11,843 bases of DNA from Candidatus Brocadiia bacterium (GCA_046538485.1 JBKHIT010000097.1:1-11843); one strand, 5' to 3'; shown: positions 1-6,372, counted from the stretch's first letter. Numbers and translations: made by a program. Notes: generated by a model from the letters alone, not told the origin.

Positions 1-954
1 GCCACTCTGGAGCTGCGACAGCCTGATGGCAGCCCCGTGTGCGCAGATACGGTGCAATTGTCCGTCATAAATACGCTGGGACCGATGGGGTTGGAATGCT
101 ATCCGCAGCATAAGGACACGACGATGCTTTCGATTCCATTACCAACGGATAAGTGGAACAAACCGCATCCCCCTTCATGCAGCTGCGGATTGTGCAAAAT
201 ATACTGTGCTCGGGCCTCGCTCCAGATGATCAATCATTACTACGGTGGCAATTTGACGCAGGATTATATTTCCTATGCCCGTGGTCGGACAGTGCTTGAC
301 TGGCCGAAAAACAATCAGCTCGGGGCGAATGAGGGGTGGAAGCGGTATGATGAGCACGGAGCGGCAGATTTAAGCTGGGCGTTGGCTGGTGCTGCGACGG
401 TTGAATATGAAGGGGAAAACGAGGAGGGATATGAGAAACTGGATATTAGGTGGAATCAGATGGTCCATTCTCTGATGCGGTATCATCCATTATTACATTT
501 TGATTTTAACCATAGTTTGGTTGTATTTGGCGTCAATGTGTTCAGTGATAAAACTTACGCTGTGGGAGTATTGGATCCGGGAGTGGACGATTATGAAGAT
601 CGGGTCAAGTGGAAAATACATGCATCGTTTTTCGGTGGAATATATCCCGATTGGGTCTATGGAGCACATACAAACCGCAGCGCTACGCAAGTCCACGGGC
701 GAACCAATCAGCAGCAGGGCCTGGGGATCGATACCGATCACGACGGGAGCGTTGATACTCCCGAGAGCGCGTATGATCAGGATGGCGATGGTATATGCGA
801 TTGGGATGAGCGGAATCGTTGGTTTGCATTCATTGATCACACGTGGCCCTACGATAATTTCATATTGGATCCGCACGATTCGGACACCGATGGAGACGGG
901 ACCGATGACATGCAGGATCTTATCGATGAACTCAAGCGGGAAGGGTATAAATGA
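1..954 (+). CDS. 3' part of a large (probably exported) protein: papain-fold/C39-like cysteine peptidase domain plus C-terminal acidic DxDxDG (TSP3-like, Ca-binding) repeats; 5'-truncated by the window
   Basis: Frame 1 is open from base 1 (ATLELRQPDGSPVCAD...), so the GTG at 37 is unlikely to be the real start. YCARASLQMINHYYGGNLTQDYI (Cys), NHSLVVFG (His) and VLDP (Asp) match the C39/C39_2-like pattern. The tail has DTDHDG, DQDGDGICDWDE and DPHDSDTDGDGTDD. Confidence 0.75.
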   Translation, partial: ATLELRQPDGSPVCADTVQLSVINTLGPMGLECYPQHKDTTMLSIPLPTDKWNKPHPPSCSCGLCKIYCARASLQMINHYYGGNLTQDYISYARGRTVLDWPKNNQLGANEGWKRYDEHGAADLSWALAGAATVEYEGENEEGYEKLDIRWNQMVHSLMRYHPLLHFDFNHSLVVFGVNVFSDKTYAVGVLDPGVDDYEDRVKWKIHASFFGGIYPDWVYGAHTNRSATQVHGRTNQQQGLGIDTDHDGSVDTPESAYDQDGDGICDWDERNRWFAFIDHTWPYDNFILDPHDSDTDGDGTDDMQDLIDELKREGYK

Positions 955-1556
955 TGGTGAACAAGAAAACGCTGGTTCTGATTATTGTGCTGGTTGTGTC
1001 AATTGTGCTGAATGTGCTGCTGGGTGTTAAATACCGGTCTTTGAAACGGTATCACGACAGGTATTTCCGGTTTGTGGGTGAGGTCAAAGGCATATGTGCC
1101 GGGAATCCCTGGCCGTGGTCAGATGAGGATGCCGACCTGCTGTCCCCTACTCGCCCGGGGGCGGGATCCAGTTCGGCTTACGCCAACAAGTGGTGGTACG
1201 TTGGCTATCCTGATGAGGGGAGACCCACAGTAGAAATTAAATTTGGGGATCACCACAAGCTTATCATCGGAGGATATGATACTGGTGAGATAAGGTACAC
1301 AATATTGGTGGGAACCGGGAGAGAGGGAAAGGGACGGACGGAGGCATTTGGATTCGCATGGAATCGGGATGGGACCGTGAAAACTCCCTTGAAGAAGTAT
1401 CTTAGGCCACGAGGGCGAGAAATATCGAGCCCAGCAGAGCGTGAGGAACGTGGCGACAAAATACAAGAGGCATCTGAGCCGGACTCCGGGAATGAAGGCG
1501 ATCAGCCAAAAAACGGAACTCAAAATGCGGAGGAGCAGGATTCAGAGGGGGAGTAG
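951..1556 (+). CDS. N-terminally membrane-anchored protein, candidate cognate partner/immunity protein (cassette 1)
   Basis: ATGA overlap with the upstream stop; KK followed by hydrophobic TLVLIIVLVVSIVLNVLLGV; YPDEG and YDTGE turns; acidic low-complexity tail. Confidence 0.75.
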   Translation: MMVNKKTLVLIIVLVVSIVLNVLLGVKYRSLKRYHDRYFRFVGEVKGICAGNPWPWSDEDADLLSPTRPGAGSSSAYANKWWYVGYPDEGRPTVEIKFGDHHKLIIGGYDTGEIRYTILVGTGREGKGRTEAFGFAWNRDGTVKTPLKKYLRPRGREISSPAEREERGDKIQEASEPDSGNEGDQPKNGTQNAEEQDSEGE

Positions 1557-1562
1557 GGAACA

Positions 1563-1857
1563 GAGGACCTGGGTATCGGGGTCTGACCATGGTGTGCCGA
1601 CATACCCGCCCCGCAGGTGTTGCCCCAACCGGTAGCCTTCCGACAAGCTCAAAGCTCTGAGCAGCGCCGAAGGGCATTCGGATGGCATTTGTGATTGGGA
1701 CGAGAAGAACAGGTGGTTCCGTCATATAACTATTCCCGGCTTAGCCAACGACTATGATCTGAACTGGCGCAAAGAGGATACGAATGAAGACGGAACCAAT
1801 GACATCGAAGCGCTCATTGAGATGCTCGAAAGACAGGGATTAAGAGGAGGACAGTGA
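1563..1857 (+). pseudogene. Decayed orphan copy of the C-terminal tail of the 1..954 protein (not in the ORF track)
   Basis: Frame 1, 1681-1857, reads DGICDWDEKNRWFRHITIPGLANDYDLNWRKEDTNEDGTNDIEALIEMLERQGLRGGQ*, homologous to 787-954. There is no start codon and an in-frame TAG lies at 1633-1635. A possible frameshifted EDLGIG/SDHG at ~1563-1593 matches QGLGIDTDHD. Confidence 0.8.
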
Positions 1858-2387
1858 GGATGGCGAATAGAAAGCAGGTGGGATTTGCGATCGGTGTTGC
1901 TCTCGCAGCTTTCATAACAGGTTTTTTGGTATGTTTACTCGGGAGCAAACAGTGGGGGTGGGCATCGGATGATAAGACAACGCCGATTCATCCTGGCTGG
2001 CAACTCATACGATCGGAAAGCTATACAAACGGGAATTTGAAGCTGCAGGAGTGGGAAGACTCTATGGGACGCCATATTACATTTGGTCTGGCCGAAAACG
2101 GTGCTTTCAAAGCAATTAATGTTTCACAAAAAAAGGCAATGAATGGTTCGCGGAAAAATAAGATTGTGGAGGTTGCGTTCTACCCTGACGGCTGGCTTAG
2201 GCACATTTATCAGTGGGTCAATCATGTTGTTGCTTACGGCATTCAACTGGAATGGGATGAAACCGGGGATATGCGCCGGGCTGAATGGGCGTGTGGTTTA
2301 AAGAAATCCAGTCGAGAGGAGTTTCTTCAGGGGAAATGCACTGTCAAACAGGGCATTGATAACAGCACGGGCCCGTTAGATAAGTGA
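1854..2387 (+). CDS. Membrane-anchored protein with MORN-variant/YwqK-like beta-hairpin motifs (cassette 2)
   Basis: GTGA overlap with the orphan-tail stop (alternative ATG at 1860 after AGGAGGA); TM segment VGFAIGVALAAFITGFLVCLL; motifs YTNGNLK, FYPDGWLR, GIQLEWDETG. Confidence 0.75.
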   Translation: MRMANRKQVGFAIGVALAAFITGFLVCLLGSKQWGWASDDKTTPIHPGWQLIRSESYTNGNLKLQEWEDSMGRHITFGLAENGAFKAINVSQKKAMNGSRKNKIVEVAFYPDGWLRHIYQWVNHVVAYGIQLEWDETGDMRRAEWACGLKKSSREEFLQGKCTVKQGIDNSTGPLDK

Positions 2388-2399
2388 AATTGTAAAGAC

Positions 2400-2717
2400 A
2401 TGAAAGTTCAAGGACATGGTGTGGCTGCGGCAGACGCTGTAGAGTTCCCGATCACACTACGGAGTATAACTGCAAGAAATCAGCCTGCGGGCCTGGGGAC
2501 CGATACAGATCACGACGGCAACTCTAAGTCAAAAGATGACTCAGACGATGATGGCATCTGCGATTGGGATGAGACAAACCGGTGGTTTCACCATATTGAA
2601 GTTCCGGGATGGGGAGATGATTACGACCTTGATCCTCAGAAAGAAGATTCCAATGGGGATGGGAAATCAGATATGGATGCACTGATCGAGATGTTTGAAC
2701 GGAAAGGATTGAAATAA
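2400..2717 (+). CDS. Orphan copy of the acidic C-terminal tail (intact reading frame; may be a gene fragment)
   Basis: 2478-2717 (NQPAGLGTDTDHDG...DGICDWDETNRWF...LDPQKEDSNGDGKSDMDALIEMFERKGLK) aligns with 706-954. The first ~26 codons are not evidently homologous and the RBS is weak. Confidence 0.65.
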   Translation: MKVQGHGVAAADAVEFPITLRSITARNQPAGLGTDTDHDGNSKSKDDSDDDGICDWDETNRWFHHIEVPGWGDDYDLDPQKEDSNGDGKSDMDALIEMFERKGLK

Positions 2718-3328
2718 TGTCACGCAAAATCTACCTCCTGTGTTTTGTCATCTTTATTGTCGGTGCATTTGTCGGGTACCTGGGTCACAGCTTCATGATT
2801 CGAGATTCCAATGATACGAATGATGAGCCCTGGTACAAGAGGATTCCTGAGGCAAGATCCAGAGAGGGGGGTGGCGGACGTTTTCCGGAAGGCAGCCAGA
2901 TGTTTGGCTTGCCTTTGCCTGATCATCAAGTTCTGAGTATTTTAGAATATCCAGACGGTAAGCTCGGAGCGATTGGAATTTTTCTCGACAAAAGGAAGAT
3001 AGAGATAGAATTTGATCGGGAAGGCAGATTGGCTTTTGAGAAGCATAGGTACCATAGGGGTTTTGTAGGAGGGCAAAACCTGTACTGGGGAAAGTCCCAT
3101 CGGTTGCGCAAAGTGCATTGTTGGGTAGGTACGAGCGAAACTGCGTACGAACTCGCCCCCACTGAACTGATGGAATGGCTTAAGAAGGAGCCTGATAGAC
3201 AACGGGGCAGTGAAAACGACAAGGAGCCCGCAGGTGTCGGGAACCAAAAAGAAGACAAGGGAAAAGAGCCAGATTCCGGACGGGAAAAAGAGGATGAGGG
3301 GAAAGAACCAACAAGAAGTGATGATTGA
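2717..3328 (+). CDS. Membrane-anchored protein with YPDG/MORN-variant-like motifs and a KEP-repeat charged tail (cassette 3)
   Basis: TAATG overlap; TM segment IYLLCFVIFIVGAFVGYLG; EYPDGKL and EFDREGRL; four KEP units in the tail. Confidence 0.75.
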   Translation: MSRKIYLLCFVIFIVGAFVGYLGHSFMIRDSNDTNDEPWYKRIPEARSREGGGGRFPEGSQMFGLPLPDHQVLSILEYPDGKLGAIGIFLDKRKIEIEFDREGRLAFEKHRYHRGFVGGQNLYWGKSHRLRKVHCWVGTSETAYELAPTELMEWLKKEPDRQRGSENDKEPAGVGNQKEDKGKEPDSGREKEDEGKEPTRSDD

Positions 3329-3343
3329 TTCTGCGACGTGACG

Positions 3344-3420
3344 CTGTTCGGGTAAAAGGGGACTGTTCGGGTAAATACGGTAAAGCGGTAAAGGGGACGT
3401 ACCATCGGAAAAGGTGACGC
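3344..3420 (+). repeat. Cluster of short direct repeats
   Basis: CTGTTCGGGTAAA at 3344-3356 and 3363-3375; CGGTAAA at 3378-3384 and 3386-3392; AAAGG(G/T)GAC-like motif three times. Confidence 0.7.
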
Positions 3421-3445
3421 AGAAGCCACTTGTGCCAAATAGGCT

Positions 3446-3630
3446 CCCATATATGGGGCTCAGACGCGTTTTTCGGGAGGTGTTTTCGGCCTGTAACCAA
3501 TTCTCCACCACCCGTTGCCCCGGAAAATCATCCTCCACTGAAGATCAGCCCCGGTGGCATCAAACGTTCAATCGCGTGTCATCTTGTCCATGCACCCCTC
3601 AAACCCCTAAAAATCGCCCTCAGACGCGTT
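3446..3630. promoter_or_regulatory. Perfect 12-bp palindrome and 12-bp direct repeat, candidate operator sites
   Basis: CCCATATATGGG at 3446-3457; CTCAGACGCGTT at 3459-3470 and 3619-3630 (160 bp apart). The second copy abuts TATAAT. Confidence 0.45.
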
Positions 3631-3642
3631 ATAATATCAATG
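3607..3642 (+). promoter_or_regulatory. Candidate sigma70-type promoter of the 3835-8686 gene string
   Basis: Perfect -10 TATAAT at 3630-3635; the -35 position (CTAAAA) is poor; predicted start near G3642, at the base of a hairpin. Confidence 0.45.
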
Positions 3643-3716
3643 GAAGGAACGTTCGCCCGGAGGTTCCTTCCGGCGAAAAAGCGAACTCAGTAGCTTCCCC
3701 CGGTCCAACCCCTCAT

Positions 3717-3765
3717 CCCCGCTCAAAGTGCGTAAGTGTTTCGCACCCAGCCGGGGTCTTTTTTT
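3717..3765 (+). terminator. Leader intrinsic terminator-like hairpin (connector A1)
   Basis: CCCCGCT(3717-3723)/AGCCGGGG(3749-3756) encloses GTGCG/CGCAC; T7 run at 3759-3765, then ATGTACCC. Confidence 0.6.
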
Positions 3766-3834
3766 ATGTACCCGTGATTTCCAAAGCCGACCCGCTCTAA
3801 TTCTACTTTCTCACACTCAACAGGAGGCAGATCG

Positions 3835-4239
3835 ATGAAAAAAGCACAGGCACTCAGAAAGTGGCGTGAACTGGAAGACGACCAGAACTACATGGAGCAC
3901 CTGGTCCCTATCCCCTACCAGCAGCGAGGACCCAAATACGGCGCCTGCGGGCTCCGTATCGAAGGCAACACGAGGTTCGTGGATGCGGTCCTCAGCAATC
4001 TCAAAGACCTGCTCGCTGCCGAGAACGATATTACGCGACTGGGCCTCTCCCGCAAGACCGTGGAGCCCCGGGAAGATAAGGACGACGAAAATCCTTATGC
4101 CGATGGCAACCACGAGGTGGTTTACGTGCGCGTTCACATGCGTGGAGGTCAGGCTCAGCAGGTGAACACCGTGTTCGGTCTTCATGAAGCTGATACCGCC
4201 CGGTTCTCTGAACTGATCGGTGCCGAAAAGGCCGACTAA
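3835..4239 (+). CDS. Hypothetical protein (134 aa)
   Basis: Strong RBS CAGGAGG before the ATG; globular-looking sequence (PIPY...YGACGLRIEG...FVDAVLSNLKDLL); family not recognised. Confidence 0.8.
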   Translation: MKKAQALRKWRELEDDQNYMEHLVPIPYQQRGPKYGACGLRIEGNTRFVDAVLSNLKDLLAAENDITRLGLSRKTVEPREDKDDENPYADGNHEVVYVRVHMRGGQAQQVNTVFGLHEADTARFSELIGAEKAD

Positions 4240-4273
4240 ATCACACTATTTACTCACGGAAGGAGATAGATAC

Positions 4274-4758
4274 ATGGCTGAGAACATAGATTCTCAAGAA
4301 GGCACGGCCATTCTGTCCCTGAAACTCGTCAGAGAACAGTGGCCTATCCGGAGCTGGACAACCGGGTGACCAGCCCCGAATGCGCCGCCCGGCTTTTCGA
4401 GAAGATCTTCGGGCTCTCCGAACTTGCTGAAGAATCCCTTTGTATGGTGACTCTCGATACAAAGCACGCCCCCTGCGGGTTCTGGAAGGTCGCCACCGGC
4501 AGTATCAACGAAAACGTGGTGCACCCGAGGGAGGTGTTCAAACGGGCGCTCCTGACCAACGCCCACGCCGTGATGCTCGCCCACAACCACCCGTCCGGCG
4601 ACCCCGCCTTCAGTGCCCAGGATCGGCGATGCGCCGGGCGCCTGCACAAAGCGGGAGAGATGATCGGAATTCCGCTCCTGGATTTCCTGACCATAGGAAC
4701 CGGAGGTTCCCACCAGAGTGCCGCCAACCGGGGGATTATCGCAGGCTGCAGGTCGTAA
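4274..4758 (+). pseudogene. radC: RadC/UPF0758 JAB-domain protein with an apparent 1-nt frameshift near 4337-4339
   Basis: The 4339-4758 frame has EESLCMVTLDTK, GSINENVVHPREVFKRALL, AHNHPSGDPAFSAQD and GIPLLDF. AAGGAG + ATG at 4274 gives MAENIDSQEGTAILSLKLVREQ (LKLVRE is a typical N-terminal motif of short RadC proteins) in a different frame that stops at 4369. Confidence 0.8.
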
Positions 4759-4789
4759 GGGCAGCTCACAGGTGACGGTTCTACTTACA

Positions 4790-4830
4790 GCCATTCGGCA
4801 ATCGCGCCGGGTGGCCTTTTTTCATGTACC
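4790..4830 (+). terminator. Terminator-like hairpin + T6 + CATGTACC (connector A2)
   Basis: GCCATTCGGC(4790-4799)/GCCGGGTGGC(4806-4815) with two G-U pairs; T run at 4817-4822. Confidence 0.65.
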
Positions 4831-4852
4831 TCATTTCACAGGGAGAAAAACC

Positions 4853-5275
4853 ATGATCAAACTCAGCGCAAACGTCAGCAAGAAAGTTCCCATGCCCGAC
4901 GTCGAGTACTCCAGTCAGAACTTCTCGGCGGGGATGGAGATCGAAGTGAGCAGCAAGGCCACCAGGTCCGAACTGGAGGAGAAGTTCCGATCGCTCTACC
5001 GGCTCCTCGAAGATTCCATCCAGGAACAAATCCAGCAAGCCGATAACAGCAGCACAAAGAAGAGCCCCGGGTCCCGTGGGGGCAATGGTCGCAATGCCAC
5101 CGAGGCACAGGTCCGCGCTATTCATGCCATTGCGGGCGACAGGGGGTATTCCGACCAGGAACTCAGCGGCATTCTCACCGATCGTTTCGGGGCCGCCGAG
5201 CCCGGCGCTCTCTCCATCGGCCAGGCGTCCACTCTGATCGATTCCCTGAAAAACAATGGAAAGGACGAGTTTTGA
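4853..5275 (+). CDS. Hypothetical protein (140 aa) with a C-terminal ATEAQ...LSIGQASTLID helical module of the kind seen on phage ssDNA-annealing proteins
   Basis: True start is likely ATG 4853 after CAGGGAG, since the track start at 4718 runs through the terminator; the stop overlaps the nuclease start (TTGA). Confidence 0.7.
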   Translation: MIKLSANVSKKVPMPDVEYSSQNFSAGMEIEVSSKATRSELEEKFRSLYRLLEDSIQEQIQQADNSSTKKSPGSRGGNGRNATEAQVRAIHAIAGDRGYSDQELSGILTDRFGAAEPGALSIGQASTLIDSLKNNGKDEF

Positions 5276-6033
5276 GCACGACCACACAGAAAATCCATAT
5301 ATCCCACTCTCAGATAAACGAGTTCCTGCGGTGCCCGAGGAAATATCATCTCCACCGCCGTCTTCAGATTCCCCCGGCTTTCACGCCCGCGCCCCTGATT
5401 TTCGGGGGGGCCGTCCACGAGGCTCTGGCCGCCTATCACCAGGCACGCCTGGAAGGTCAGCAACTGGGCCCCGATACCCTTATGGAGGTTTTCGACGAGC
5501 GGTGGATGGCCGAAGAGAGGCCCGTCCGCTACGGGAACGGCGAGAATAAAGAATCCCTCCGGGACAAGGCTTACCGCATGATGGAAACTTATCTGGAGGA
5601 TCCCAGGGGGATCGGCCCGCCTGTGGCCGTGGAGGAGAAGATCGACGTATCCCTTCGGGAGGATCTGCCGCCCGTCTGGGGCCGGATCGATCTTCTGGAG
5701 CAGGATGAGGACGGAAGGCTGGTTCTGACCGATTTTAAGACCGCCTCCAGTCGCCGCTCCAAAGATCCCTCCCAGCTCGTGCTCTACCGGGAAGCTCTAC
5801 GTATACTCGGTTATCCCGGGGTGGAAGATGCACAGATAAGGTACGTGGTGCTTCTTAAGACCAAGGAGCCGGCGATCGACGTGCAGGTTCCGGAGCTGGA
5901 GGGAGGCGAACTCAACCGCCTGGTCGGTCTTTACAGGGCGGCCTGGCATTCGATCCAGAACGGCACCTCCCATCCGGTCACCGGTTGGTGGTGCAGGGAT
6001 TGTCAGTGGAAGCACAAATGTGACCAGGCGTAA
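5272..6033 (+). CDS. PD-(D/E)XK nuclease, RecB/AddB/Cas4-like family
   Basis: ISHSQINEFLRCPRKY, GGAVHEAL, GRIDLL, LTDFKT, QLVLY and C-terminal CRDCQWKHKC (1+3 Cys pattern typical of Fe-S staple nucleases). Confidence 0.9.
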   Translation: MSTTTQKIHISHSQINEFLRCPRKYHLHRRLQIPPAFTPAPLIFGGAVHEALAAYHQARLEGQQLGPDTLMEVFDERWMAEERPVRYGNGENKESLRDKAYRMMETYLEDPRGIGPPVAVEEKIDVSLREDLPPVWGRIDLLEQDEDGRLVLTDFKTASSRRSKDPSQLVLYREALRILGYPGVEDAQIRYVVLLKTKEPAIDVQVPELEGGELNRLVGLYRAAWHSIQNGTSHPVTGWWCRDCQWKHKCDQA

Positions 6034-6049
6034 CCCGTCAGCACTAAAA

Positions 6050-6110
6050 GTTGCCCCCGGAAGATCTTTTCCGGGGGCTTTTTTCATTCACTCAAGATCG
6101 CAGGAGGTAA
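6050..6110 (+). terminator. Terminator-like hairpin + T6 + CATTCACTCAAG..GGAGGT (connector B2)
   Basis: GCCCCCGGAA(6053-6062)/TTCCGGGGGC(6069-6078); T run at 6079-6084. Confidence 0.7.
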
Positions 6111-6116
6111 ACGCAA

Positions 6117-6281
6117 ATGGCGTATCTCACACCACTCAGAGGAATACCGTCGGAGCGGCCTGAAAACCGGAGGCCCACCCGGGCCACGGCCAGGGAATCG
6201 GACCGCAGGTTTGAGGTTCTGGCGGAGTTCGAGGCAATGATGCGGGACTACGAGGGCGTTGAGGCTCCGGCGACCGCGTAG
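6117..6281 (+). CDS. Small protein, 54 aa (absent from the ORF track)
   Basis: CAGGAGGT RBS at 6101-6108; ATG 6117 to TAG 6281: MAYLTPLRGIPSERPENRRPTRATARESDRRFEVLAEFEAMMRDYEGVEAPATA. Confidence 0.7.
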   Translation: MAYLTPLRGIPSERPENRRPTRATARESDRRFEVLAEFEAMMRDYEGVEAPATA

Positions 6282-6286
6282 CTCAC

Positions 6287-6372
6287 CCGCCCTCAGCGTG
6301 GAGCCCTTGCCGTCCTCCCCTGCCAGATGTCCCGGGGAGGAGGGTTTGGGCTGTCCTGCTCACGGTAGGCGG
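6287..6372 (+). other. Long nested imperfect hairpin
   Basis: CCGCC/GGCGG (6287-6291/6368-6372), CGTG/CACG (6297-6300/6361-6364), AGCCC/GGGCT (6302-6306/6348-6352), TCCTCCCC/GGGGAGGA (6313-6320/6334-6341). Confidence 0.6.

Noticed and set aside
706..2717. Diversity-generating retroelement TR/VR pair
   Set aside because: Differences between the copies are not adenine-specific, the copies are too diverged, and no reverse transcriptase is present.
3414..3800. ORFs 3414..3800 and 3430..3693
   Set aside because: They overlap the promoter, leader and terminator, have no RBS, and their low-information composition suggests chance ORFs.
5272..6033. Cas4 / CRISPR-associated interpretation of the nuclease
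   Set aside because: No cas1/cas2 and no regularly spaced repeat-spacer array; the connectors are separated by whole genes.
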